Assembly (NCBI GenBank): GCA_018969385.1
Contig: JAGWYL010000003.1
Location: 1 to 59,925, forward strand
Direction: 5' to 3'
Length of the DNA stretch: 59,925 bases
Origin: Patescibacteria group bacterium
Lineage (GTDB): Bacteria; Patescibacteriota; Minisyncoccia; Phycocordibacterales; Phycocordibacteraceae
Numbering within the stretch: position 1 is the first letter of the stretch; each line of letters opens with the position of its first letter. Shown here in pieces: positions 36,897-45,639 of the stretch. The notes beneath the pieces are model-generated. The model was not told the DNA's origin and ran no database searches. It saw only the letters and a list, made by a program, of their open reading frames with translations. The position numbers were made by a program, and so were the translations under genes.

Positions 36897-37565
36897 CTAC
36901 AGCCAGTCTATCGGCTCCTTCCCGTTCGCGATGAGATATTCGTTCGCCTTCTTGAAGTGCCCGTTGCCGAAGAATCCAGCGTTCGCGGAGAAAGGGGAAG
37001 GGTGCGGTGATTCGAGCACGAGGTGCTTCTCGCGGTCGATGTGCGCGCCCTTCGCCTTCGCATAGTTCCCCCACAGCATGAAAACCAGATGCTCCCGTTC
37101 CGAGGAGAGCGCGGCGACCGCCGCATCCGTAAACCGCTCCCAGCCCTTCCCCTGATGCGAGCCGGCGAGGCGCGCGCGAACCGTAAGCGTGGCATTGAGG
37201 AGCAGGACGCCCTGCGCGGCCCAGCGTTCGAGGCTCCCGTCGCGATGCGCCATCGGCTTGCCGTACTCGCTTTCGATTTCCTTGAAGATGTTCTGGAGGG
37301 ACGGCGGAAGCGTGACGCCTTCGTCGACGGCGAAACAGAGCCCGTTCGCCTGCCGCGGGCCGTGGTACGGGTCCTGTCCCAGGATGACGACTTTCACCGA
37401 ATCGAACGGACAGAGGTCGAACGCGCGGAAGATGTATCTCGGCGGCGGGTACACGGTCTCGCCCGCGTACTCCTTCTTAACGAACGCGGTCAGTTCGGCG
37501 AAGTACGGCTCATCGAACTCGCCGGCAAGCCTCTCCTTCCAGGACGGGTCTATGCGCACTTCCAT
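36897..37565 (-). CDS. ung: Uracil-DNA glycosylase
   Basis: GQDPYHG, PPSLQNIF, HPSPFSA. Confidence 0.98.
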   Translation of the reverse strand: MEVRIDPSWKERLAGEFDEPYFAELTAFVKKEYAGETVYPPPRYIFRAFDLCPFDSVKVVILGQDPYHGPRQANGLCFAVDEGVTLPPSLQNIFKEIESEYGKPMAHRDGSLERWAAQGVLLLNATLTVRARLAGSHQGKGWERFTDAAVAALSSEREHLVFMLWGNYAKAKGAHIDREKHLVLESPHPSPFSANAGFFGNGHFKKANEYLIANGKEPIDWL

Positions 37566-37568
37566 AGC

Positions 37569-37832
37569 TCACGCGAACGCGCCCTCCTCCGCAAGGAGCG
37601 CCCGCTTCTTCCGGGAGCCGCCGCGATTGTACCGGCCTACGGAACCGTCCGCTCGGACGACGCGGTGGCAGGGTACGGCGGGGTCATAGTTACGCTTCAT
37701 GATGCTGCCCACGGCGCGCGCGGCGCCCGGATGGCCGGCAGCCGCGGCGACTTCGCCATAGGTGCGCGTCTGCCCCTTCGGAATCTGTCGGACGATGTCG
37801 CGCACGTGCGCGGCGAATGCCGTATCCTTCAT
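37569..37832 (-). CDS. Minimal O6-methylguanine-DNA methyltransferase (C-terminal domain only)
   Basis: TYGEVA, ARAVG, PCHRVV. Confidence 0.88.
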   Translation of the reverse strand: MKDTAFAAHVRDIVRQIPKGQTRTYGEVAAAAGHPGAARAVGSIMKRNYDPAVPCHRVVRADGSVGRYNRGGSRKKRALLAEEGAFA

Positions 37833-38620
37833 GGCTTCTTCGCGGATGCGCGATGGAGCGCAAGCAGCTTCTTTCCCGCGGCTTCGCGGTACGGGCAGAA
37901 TTCGCAGGCGCCGCCCGAAGGCGGGACCGCATCCGCATCGAGGCAGGCCTGGATTTGCGGAAGGACTTCATCTATCCAGTCCGTGGTTCCAGTACACGGC
38001 ACGACGGTGACCTCGAACTCGAGCTTGCCGTCGAACGCCTCCTTGTCCGAACTCGCGTTCGCGTACACGAAGTAGCCGGTGTCGGACACAGGAAACCCGT
38101 TCTGGCGCAGGAGCCACTGGTATACGCCCATCTGCCGGCGATACTGCTCTTCCCACGAAGAATCCGCGAGCGATTCGATGGTCCCGCTCTTCGACGTTGC
38201 CTTATAGTCTACGACGATGAGCTCGCCCTTCGGGTTCACCCAGATATCGTCCACCGCGCCGGAAATCGTAAAGCCCGTCGGCTTGTGGTGATATTCGATG
38301 CCTTCGAAATTCTCCCTCCAGGTGCCCATTCGCGCGTGCGCGAAGGGTACGGCGTCAATCTTGTAGTGCGTCATGAGAGGATGCGCGGAGCCGGCCGCGC
38401 GGTGCGCGTCGAACTCCTTCTTCAGAAGCGCGTCAACCGCGACGTTCAGCGTGAATGCGGGACCGCGGGGCCTCGCGGTCCCGAGCTTGTTGTCGAGATA
38501 GAAACAGCGCGGGCACTCCATGAACAGGTCTATCTTCGAGCGCGAAAGACGCCACTTCTTGCCGCCGTAGTTCCAATCGGCGCTGCGGTTCGGGTTATAC
38601 GATTTCTTGAATTCGCTCAT
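37829..38620 (-). CDS. PD-(D/E)XK nuclease family protein
   Basis: SGAVDD, VVDYKAT, QMGVYQWL; CPRC and CEFCPY. Confidence 0.88.
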   Translation of the reverse strand: MSEFKKSYNPNRSADWNYGGKKWRLSRSKIDLFMECPRCFYLDNKLGTARPRGPAFTLNVAVDALLKKEFDAHRAAGSAHPLMTHYKIDAVPFAHARMGTWRENFEGIEYHHKPTGFTISGAVDDIWVNPKGELIVVDYKATSKSGTIESLADSSWEEQYRRQMGVYQWLLRQNGFPVSDTGYFVYANASSDKEAFDGKLEFEVTVVPCTGTTDWIDEVLPQIQACLDADAVPPSGGACEFCPYREAAGKKLLALHRASAKKP

Positions 38621-38623
38621 GCG

Positions 38624-39145
38624 CTAGTTGGCGAACGTACTGAAAGGCGCGACGACCGGCTGTCCGGTATCGAAGTCGACATAGACGCTGTCGTCCGCGA
38701 GATTGAACGCGCCGTCGCCGTTGTCGCGGTAGAGCACCACCGCATAGGTGCCGCCCTGCACGGTAGCGCGCAGAAGCGGCACGACGACGTTTATCGACGG
38801 TCCGCGCACGTACCGAGCGCCGAGCGCATTGCCGCGTTCGCTGCCGTGGTACTCATGCACCACCACCCAGACGCCGGGCGGCGGGACGGTGACGGATTCG
38901 ACGATGACCGAATCGCCCGCAGCTTGGTCCTTTACGGAGACCGCGCCGCTCGCGTCCTGCGGGAGCGACGGCGTGGAGGTGGCGCTCGCCGCGGAAACGG
39001 TATCCGCGCCCGTGCCGGGCGCGGGCGGAAGCGCGATATCGCTCGGGCTCGAATACCACACCACGGTGACCACCATGCCGATGCCGACGCCGAGCGCGAT
39101 GAGGCCGACGGTGCGGAGGTTCGACTCAGAATTGCTGTTGTTCAT
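38624..39145 (-). CDS. Hypothetical membrane-anchored protein
   Basis: One TM helix, then a beta-rich domain (GVWVVVH, ALGARY, YAVVLYRDNGD). Confidence 0.65.
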   Translation of the reverse strand: MNNSNSESNLRTVGLIALGVGIGMVVTVVWYSSPSDIALPPAPGTGADTVSAASATSTPSLPQDASGAVSVKDQAAGDSVIVESVTVPPPGVWVVVHEYHGSERGNALGARYVRGPSINVVVPLLRATVQGGTYAVVLYRDNGDGAFNLADDSVYVDFDTGQPVVAPFSTFAN

Positions 39146-39977
39146 ACGGATGCGGCAAGGCGAGGAGCGCATCCGCTTCCGCAAGCGTCTCCCCGATGCG
39201 CTCCGGGGGAAGGCCCGCGGCGGCGAGCGCCTCTTTCCTTTCCCGTAGCATATCACACGCGGTCACGCCCGCCTCGATGAGGAGGCGCTTCTCGTTCTTC
39301 TTAAGCGACGAGAGCGCGGTGACGGGATATACGCGAGCAAAGCACATGCGGTCGTAGAGGTTCCCGCGTGCCGGGTAATCCCAGCCGATGAGTTCCACGC
39401 CGGAGCAGGACGCATACTGGACGGCCTGGCTCGTGAACTTCGTATTGGTGATGAGGAAGCCGCGGTCGACGGGACAGGTCTGGAATTGCGATTCGCAGTT
39501 CCAGATGTCGTCGAAGCGGGATTTGACGTAGAGCGCGACCTTGACGTCCGTCCGGTAGCCGACGTCATTATGATACTTGAGCTCCGCGGCGAGGTTCTCG
39601 CCGCCGCGCGTCGCGTAGAAATCCGTCTCGTGGGTCACGCACTTCCCTTTCATGAGCTTGCGCGTCTCCACCGTCCATCCCTCCTTGCGGAAGAGGTGCG
39701 ACACGAAATCCTCGAACGGGTGGCCGGTCGGCCCGAACCCGAGCAGCGCGCGGCGGAGCGCATAGCGCGCGGCGACGGGCTTCGTCTCGTTGCGCAAGAG
39801 CGTGAACGCCCGCCGGTATACGTCATGCGTCCGGGAACCTTCGCGCACCGTGCGGGCGACCTCTTCGGCGATGCCGTGCGCGGCGTGCTTGCCCGCGCCG
39901 GAACGCAGCAGCGATTCCTCGAGCTTGCGGGAGTCGAACGCTTCGGCGCTCCCATCCGATTTTATGATGGTCGGCAT
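39126..39977 (-). CDS. ATP-cone plus restriction-endonuclease-like protein
   Basis: IIKSDGSAEAFDSRKL (ATP-cone), GFGPTGHPFE, HETD, AELKYH. Confidence 0.82.
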   Translation of the reverse strand: MPTIIKSDGSAEAFDSRKLEESLLRSGAGKHAAHGIAEEVARTVREGSRTHDVYRRAFTLLRNETKPVAARYALRRALLGFGPTGHPFEDFVSHLFRKEGWTVETRKLMKGKCVTHETDFYATRGGENLAAELKYHNDVGYRTDVKVALYVKSRFDDIWNCESQFQTCPVDRGFLITNTKFTSQAVQYASCSGVELIGWDYPARGNLYDRMCFARVYPVTALSSLKKNEKRLLIEAGVTACDMLRERKEALAAAGLPPERIGETLAEADALLALPHPYEQQQF

Positions 39978-39978
39978 A

Positions 39979-40425
39979 TCACTTGGCCGCCTGCGCTCCT
40001 GTCGTCGTCGCGAGCGCGCCGTTCACGTAGAGCGAGATGTCCGCGTCGGCAGGTGCCGTCGCGGTGACGGAGAACGGCTTCGTATCGGGAAGCATGAGGC
40101 AGCTTCCGGTATCCGGCGGCGCGGAAATGTCGACGCGTATCCGCTCGGGAGTCGACGACGCATCGGTTGTCGCAGCGGCGGTGACGACATAGCAGGGAGT
40201 CGGCACCGCTACCGAGCCGCTTACGGTGTGCGTACCCCTGCGATAGGAATCGGCATATGAATCGAGCGCCACCGGAGGCGCTTCCGCAGCGACCTTAGGA
40301 GCAGGCACGGCGACTTCGCGCGCGCGCTCCACGGAAATGGAGTATGCGGCGAGGAGGACGATGCCGACGCAAAGAAGCGCTACCCAGAACTGCGGCCGCC
40401 GCGTCATTTCAAGAAACCGTGCCAT
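39979..40425 (-). CDS. Hypothetical secreted/membrane-anchored protein
   Basis: N-terminal hydrophobic helix; PTPCY and CLML cysteine pair. Confidence 0.65.
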   Translation of the reverse strand: MARFLEMTRRPQFWVALLCVGIVLLAAYSISVERAREVAVPAPKVAAEAPPVALDSYADSYRRGTHTVSGSVAVPTPCYVVTAAATTDASSTPERIRVDISAPPDTGSCLMLPDTKPFSVTATAPADADISLYVNGALATTTGAQAAK

Positions 40426-41488
40426 GAATGCCGTCTATGATACCACCGCCGAGCAGTTCGTCACCCGCATAGAGCGCGAGCGACTGGCCCGTTGCGACAT
40501 AGTCCGAAAGCGGCATCTCGGGAACGAAGATACCCCCACGCGCACCTTTCTTCGTGAACGTGCCGGAAACGCGCTGACCGTGGTAGCGGTACTGCGCGGT
40601 AACCGGTCCCGTGCAAGGCGCGAGCAGGTTCACCTCAAAGAGCGAGAGCGCGCGCGGCGCTTCGAAGATGCCCTGCGGCCGCGCGCTATGCGAGACGATG
40701 AGTTCGTTATCCCGCATCCGCTTTCCGACCACGTACCACGGACCCGCGGCAGCATCCCTAAGCGCGACGCGCTCGCCGAGCGTATAGAGCACGGCCCCGT
40801 CGTGCGTTCCCGCTTCCCCGCCGTCCTCGTCGAGCGCCTTTCCCGCAATGGGCGAGAATTCGGTGCGGAGATACTCCTCCACCGAGACCGCGCCGAGAAA
40901 ACAGATGCCCTGGCTGTCCCGCTTCGACGCGACCGGCAAGCCGAAGCGCCGCGCCTGCGAGCGGACGTGGATCTTCTCCATGCCGCCCACGGGAAAGAGC
41001 GTCATGTCGAGCGCGGCTTTCGAGACCGCCCAGAGAAAGTAACTCTGGTCCTTGGCGGGGTCGCTTCCGCGCAAGACGTGCGTCTCTCCGCCATCATGCG
41101 TTATGCGCGCGTAGTGGCCCGTCGCAAGGTATGCCGCGCCCCGCTCTTTCGCATAGCGCGCGAACGCGCCGAACTTCACGTCGCGATTGCACATGACATC
41201 CGGATTCGGCGTACGGCCGTCCGCGTATTCCCGGAGCAAGTAGTCGATGACGCCGCGGCGATACTCTTCGCTCGCGTCGAGCGTCCTAAACGGGATGCGC
41301 AGGTGCGCCGCGACGCGCATCGCGTCCCTGCGGTCTTCCGCCCACGTACACGGCATGCCGGGCGGATACCATCCCTTGATGAAGACGCCCGTGACGCGGG
41401 CGCCCGCCCGCTTGAGGAGCGCGGCGGAGACGGCGGAATCGACGCCTCCCGAGAGGCCCACGTACACCGCTTGTCCGCGCAGGTTCAT
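40409..41488 (-). CDS. mnmA: tRNA 2-thiouridine synthase MnmA
   Basis: SGGVDS, TPNPDVMCN, ATGHYAR, KDQSYFL, DSQGICF. Confidence 0.97.
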   Translation of the reverse strand: MNLRGQAVYVGLSGGVDSAVSAALLKRAGARVTGVFIKGWYPPGMPCTWAEDRRDAMRVAAHLRIPFRTLDASEEYRRGVIDYLLREYADGRTPNPDVMCNRDVKFGAFARYAKERGAAYLATGHYARITHDGGETHVLRGSDPAKDQSYFLWAVSKAALDMTLFPVGGMEKIHVRSQARRFGLPVASKRDSQGICFLGAVSVEEYLRTEFSPIAGKALDEDGGEAGTHDGAVLYTLGERVALRDAAAGPWYVVGKRMRDNELIVSHSARPQGIFEAPRALSLFEVNLLAPCTGPVTAQYRYHGQRVSGTFTKKGARGGIFVPEMPLSDYVATGQSLALYAGDELLGGGIIDGIHGTVS

Positions 41489-41579
41489 CCCTTTTATATA
41501 GCATCACTTGACGCGGCGGCGAAGCGTGCGATTCTATAGCTGCTCGGACGTTCGAGCTCTCGTGCGAAAGGAGGCTGTC

Positions 41580-41879
41580 ATGCACGGCCTTGTACATTCA
41601 CAGCATGAGTTATTCGGCCTGATTTATATTCTCTTACACGGGCCGGTAACCGTAAAGAACCCGAAGAAACGGCGCGATACCCTGACGCTTCAGCCTGCGG
41701 ACGGCGGATTCGAAGTCCTCGAGCTATGCGTGTGCGTCTCCACGCGCACGCGACGCGGCAGGCCATGGTACGTCATTCCGGAGCGCGGCGGACGCGGTCT
41801 CCCGATACGCCAGTGGGAAGCACTTCAGGAAAAAGGAGTCGTCACTATCGGGAAATACAAGGAGGGTCGCGATGCATAA
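41580..41879 (+). CDS. Orphan hypothetical protein (opposite strand to neighbours)
   Basis: Strong AAGGAGG SD before ATG 41580. Confidence 0.5.
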   Translation: MHGLVHSQHELFGLIYILLHGPVTVKNPKKRRDTLTLQPADGGFEVLELCVCVSTRTRRGRPWYVIPERGGRGLPIRQWEALQEKGVVTIGKYKEGRDA

Positions 41880-41906
41880 CACTGCCGTCGCGACCCTCTA
41901 CCCTTT

Positions 41907-42911
41907 TTATAGGTACAAGAGTTGGTTACGCTCATGCTCCGCGTACGTCCTCGCGTAGTGCATCTTTCCGTCCTTTCCGGTGAGGTAGTAGAGGTCGGCG
42001 GTCTTCGCGGGTGTGAGAGCGGCAAGAAGCGCGTCGAGTCCGGGATTGCATATGGGACCGGGCGGCAACCCCGCGTGCAGATACGTGTTATAGGGCGAGT
42101 CGCTCGACAGTTCCGCGAGCGAAGGGGCGTGCGTCGCCGTCCCTTCGATATAGCCGAACACCGCATCGACCTGGAGCGGCATCCCGAGACGCACGCGGTT
42201 CCAGAGTATGCCGGCGACCATGCGACGGTCCGCGGGCGTACGCGCTTCCTTCTCGATGAGCGACGCCATCGTGACGATGTCCGGAAGCGCATGTCCCGAT
42301 GCTGCGATAGCGGGCGTTATGCTCGCGATGCGCGCATCGAAGTTGGCGCGCATCGCCGCTACGATATCCGCCGCAGACGCGGATGGGAGGAACTCGTACG
42401 TATCGGGAAACAGGTAGCCTTCGTCCCCTTTCGCGGCGGCGATGAACGACGGAGCGTCCGCTTCCGGAAGCTCGCGTGCGATAAGCGCGGACATGTCGCG
42501 GACCGTATAGCCTTCCGGGAAAGTGATGCGGACGGCGGCTATGCCGAACGCGCCGTGCGTAAGGCGTTCCGCAACGCCTGCGATGCCAAGGGGCCTCGTG
42601 AAGCGGTACACGCCGGCCTTAAGAGCGCTCGCGCGTCCGGCGACGCGCACGTACGCCGAAAAGAGTCCGGCGGACGTTATTATGCCGTTCGTAGAAAGCG
42701 ACGTGGAAATCTCGGACAGCGGCTCTCCCGCGCGTATCGTGACGTACGCATCGTTCGGGAACGAGGCGGCGGGCACGAGGAACGCGAACGCGTAGCAGGC
42801 GAGCGCAAGGAGGAAAAGAGCGGACCCGTACGCGTAGCGGGCGCGGAAGGAATGCAGGTGTTCGGCAACCGCGCGCCGCGCGCCGTAAAATCCGCGAAGG
42901 AGTGCTTCCAT
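41907..42911 (-). CDS. mltG: Endolytic transglycosylase MltG
   Basis: ITFPEG, EGYLFPDTY, MASLIEKE, PYNTY, GLPPGPICNPG. Confidence 0.95.
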   Translation of the reverse strand: MEALLRGFYGARRAVAEHLHSFRARYAYGSALFLLALACYAFAFLVPAASFPNDAYVTIRAGEPLSEISTSLSTNGIITSAGLFSAYVRVAGRASALKAGVYRFTRPLGIAGVAERLTHGAFGIAAVRITFPEGYTVRDMSALIARELPEADAPSFIAAAKGDEGYLFPDTYEFLPSASAADIVAAMRANFDARIASITPAIAASGHALPDIVTMASLIEKEARTPADRRMVAGILWNRVRLGMPLQVDAVFGYIEGTATHAPSLAELSSDSPYNTYLHAGLPPGPICNPGLDALLAALTPAKTADLYYLTGKDGKMHYARTYAEHERNQLLYL

Positions 42912-42915
42912 GGAA

Positions 42916-44298
42916 CTACGTCGGCAGGTTCGAAGGCGCCGACGTGGTGGTCGACTGTATGCGCGAAAGGGACGGCGTCGCGACGGCGGAAGACGGGATG
43001 TGGAAGAGCGTCGCTATTTCCTCGACGCTCATCGTCATCCACGGCATCTTGAACGGCTCGTTGAAGTACGAACGGCGCCGCGCGGCTTCCAAGAGTTCCG
43101 TCATCTTGCGCCGCGTGCGGAAGAAGCCGGGGTCTTCCCACGGATAATCGTAGAATTCCTCCGACCAGCGGCCGGCCGCTTCAAGCCCGTTGAACTGCTC
43201 GGATGAGAAGGGGCGGAACATGGTGCTCGTCAGCATGCCGTGCATCGCGCTCTTGTGCTTTCCCGGAGCGGTGATGTAGAGGCAGCGGATGCCGATGTCG
43301 AACGCGACCTTGCCGATATTGCGCTCGATGGCTGCCATGATATCCACCTGGCCTTTCGTCGGGTTCGGGAATCCGCGCGACTTTCGCACCACCTTCGTCA
43401 CGGGGTCAACGTACTCGACCTCGCTCGTGACCTCTTCGCGTATCTGCTGCACTATCTCGTGCCCTTCGTCCTTCCAGGTGTACTTCCCTCCTTTCTTATT
43501 CTTCTTGCCCTTGTACTTGTCGCCCTTCGTCATCTGGATGACGAAATGCAGCCAGACCTGTTCGCCGGGACCGAGCGAACCGAGGAACTCGAGCACCTGC
43601 GCCATCGGGTCTATCTGCTCCTCGGCCTTGAGGCGGGGCTGGTCGAGGCCGTAGTCGACGTAGGATTTTATCGGATACGGATCCGGCTTCGTATGCTGGT
43701 ATTCGCAACCCCATATATCCTGCACCGGGTCCGTGACGGCTACGCCGAGCGTGTAGTCCGGAACTTCGACGAGCTGGATGCCGGGGTACTGCGCGTAAAA
43801 GCTGCTCTCCACCTGGCGGCGGATACGGTCCCAGACCCAGATATAAAAATGGAGCTTGCCTTCGACGGAGACTATCTCGAACGACCACCACGGCTTCACG
43901 CGGCCGAGCCAGTAGCGCTTGTACCAGGTGTTGATGCCCGGCGCGAAATGGATTCCGGCAAGCACCGCTTCCATCGCGAGCGGAGACTTGCGCGTATCGC
44001 GAGGCAGGCGCAACTCAAGGAGCACCGGTTTCTGGAGGTCGTGCGCCATGAACATCGCCTGCCGGTACTGTATCCAGCGTATCCAGGAGAAGCGCCACAC
44101 GATGTACGGCATCCAGAGAGGCGCGAAAAAGAGCGTGAGGCGGAATCCCGAAACGATGACGTCCGGCGCGAAGAGGTACATGACGAAGACCGCGAGCACG
44201 TACGCCGGGATGAGCACGAACGCCGAGAAGGTGAAGCCGTATGCTTTTCTCGTCCCCTCCGCCCAGCTTTCGAGCGCGTGCAGGAATGGAAGTTCCAT
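42916..44298 (-). CDS. Conserved hypothetical protein with N-terminal TM helices
   Basis: 460-aa ORF with backbone codon style; WWSFEIVS, YAQYP, EEIATLFHIP. Confidence 0.75.
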   Translation of the reverse strand: MELPFLHALESWAEGTRKAYGFTFSAFVLIPAYVLAVFVMYLFAPDVIVSGFRLTLFFAPLWMPYIVWRFSWIRWIQYRQAMFMAHDLQKPVLLELRLPRDTRKSPLAMEAVLAGIHFAPGINTWYKRYWLGRVKPWWSFEIVSVEGKLHFYIWVWDRIRRQVESSFYAQYPGIQLVEVPDYTLGVAVTDPVQDIWGCEYQHTKPDPYPIKSYVDYGLDQPRLKAEEQIDPMAQVLEFLGSLGPGEQVWLHFVIQMTKGDKYKGKKNKKGGKYTWKDEGHEIVQQIREEVTSEVEYVDPVTKVVRKSRGFPNPTKGQVDIMAAIERNIGKVAFDIGIRCLYITAPGKHKSAMHGMLTSTMFRPFSSEQFNGLEAAGRWSEEFYDYPWEDPGFFRTRRKMTELLEAARRRSYFNEPFKMPWMTMSVEEIATLFHIPSSAVATPSLSRIQSTTTSAPSNLPT

Positions 44299-44368
44299 AT
44301 CACCCGCAGTATACCGAGCGACGGTTCAAAACCGAAACGACTTGTTCCCAGGTATGCCGGAGAAAGCC

Positions 44369-44492
44369 GAAGAGCGCACCGCCCTTTGGCGGTGCGCTCT
44401 TCATGAAGAGGCATGCGTGTTCTTTTCCTTGGTTCCCGGCGAGCGAACGCGCGGTTCGGAAGCCTAAAGGAGTTCGCTTCCGAACCGCGCGT
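44369..44492. repeat. Two long perfect intergenic hairpins
   Basis: 15-bp stem 44369-44383/44388-44402 and 17-bp stem 44447-44463/44476-44492. Confidence 0.85.
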
Positions 44493-44512
44493 CCCGAGCC
44501 GGTCTTGGAGTC

Positions 44513-45574
44513 CTACGCCGCCTGATACGTTCCTTCCTTGGAACGCTTGAAGTAGCGGCGGTCGTTGAGGTTCACGAGGATGGTGTTGTCCTTCACGTAG
44601 CGCGTCTTCTTCACCGCGGCGATGACCTCTTCCTTCGTGAGCGGCTTCTTCGCGAGCGCTTCGCGGATGACGTCGCGCACGACGCCCGGCTTATAGCCCC
44701 ACTCCTTGAGCGCGTAGAGTCCGCGGCCCACGAGCACGAAGCGCGAGTCCTTGATGAGCTCATTGTGCGTGGTCGCCACGTGCGCGCGCTTATTGAAAAG
44801 CGTACCGATGGCTTTCGCCACCTCGCTGAAATGCATCGGCTTCCCGTGGCGCTTAATGGCGAGGTACGCGTAATCGCGGATGCCCTTCGTGCGGATGCCG
44901 GAAGAGGTCGCGCGTCCCCATTCGGCGAGCGGATTGACAGAAATGGTCTTGGAGAGCGAAAGCCAGCGCTTCAGCACCTCTTCATTGCGGTACGCGTCGT
45001 TCACCTCCTTGAGCTCGTCGAGGAAGCGGTCCATGAGCTCGCTCTCCGGCACCACGTCCTCGTCATCGAGCGAAAGGTAGAGTTTCGAAAGCGCTTCGTG
45101 CACGCGTTCGGCCGTATTCTTATCCACATGCCAGCGCGCGTAGAAGTCGTCCGTCTCGCGTTCGCGGAAGAACGCGCTTCCGACGACGAGGAGGAAGCGG
45201 ATGCGGTTGCGCGCCTTCTCGTCCTTCGAAAGGCCGGCGAGCAGCTCCTCTTCGGCGACGATACCGCCGAGGCCGGCGACATGCTTGCGAAGCTCTTCGA
45301 ACGACGCGCCCGCATCCGCGAAGGCCTTTCCGGCGCGGACGGCATCGAGACCCGCTGCCTCTATCTGCCGCACGCGCTCGCGCGTGACGTCCCAGCGGGA
45401 GCCGATCTCTTCAAGCGTCTGGCGCACGGCCGAGGTGCCGAGACCGAAGCGGAGCGTCAAGACTTCCCGGGCGCGGCTCGGTATCTCGGCAAGCAAGCGC
45501 TTCACGAGCGCCGCCGTGTCGAAACTGAGTTCGAACGTGCCCTTCGTCTTCTTCGTTCCGGTCGTCTTAGCCAT
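44513..45574 (-). CDS. Sigma70 region 4 plus C-terminal winged-HTH protein
   Basis: LRFGL...TLEEIGSRWDVTRERVRQIE; C-terminal KPMHFSEV...HNELI...FVLVGRGLYAL. Confidence 0.8.
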   Translation of the reverse strand: MAKTTGTKKTKGTFELSFDTAALVKRLLAEIPSRAREVLTLRFGLGTSAVRQTLEEIGSRWDVTRERVRQIEAAGLDAVRAGKAFADAGASFEELRKHVAGLGGIVAEEELLAGLSKDEKARNRIRFLLVVGSAFFRERETDDFYARWHVDKNTAERVHEALSKLYLSLDDEDVVPESELMDRFLDELKEVNDAYRNEEVLKRWLSLSKTISVNPLAEWGRATSSGIRTKGIRDYAYLAIKRHGKPMHFSEVAKAIGTLFNKRAHVATTHNELIKDSRFVLVGRGLYALKEWGYKPGVVRDVIREALAKKPLTKEEVIAAVKKTRYVKDNTILVNLNDRRYFKRSKEGTYQAA

Positions 45575-45639
45575 ACGTTGCGTGATTTATATGTGTTCTA
45601 ATATACAGGATAACGGGAAATTAGTCAAATCGCCCGAAT

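Noticed and set aside
37829-38620. PD-(D/E)XK nuclease as a possible Cas4 / CRISPR locus
   Set aside because: No repeat-spacer array or other cas genes; it sits with ung and an alkyltransferase, consistent with DNA repair.
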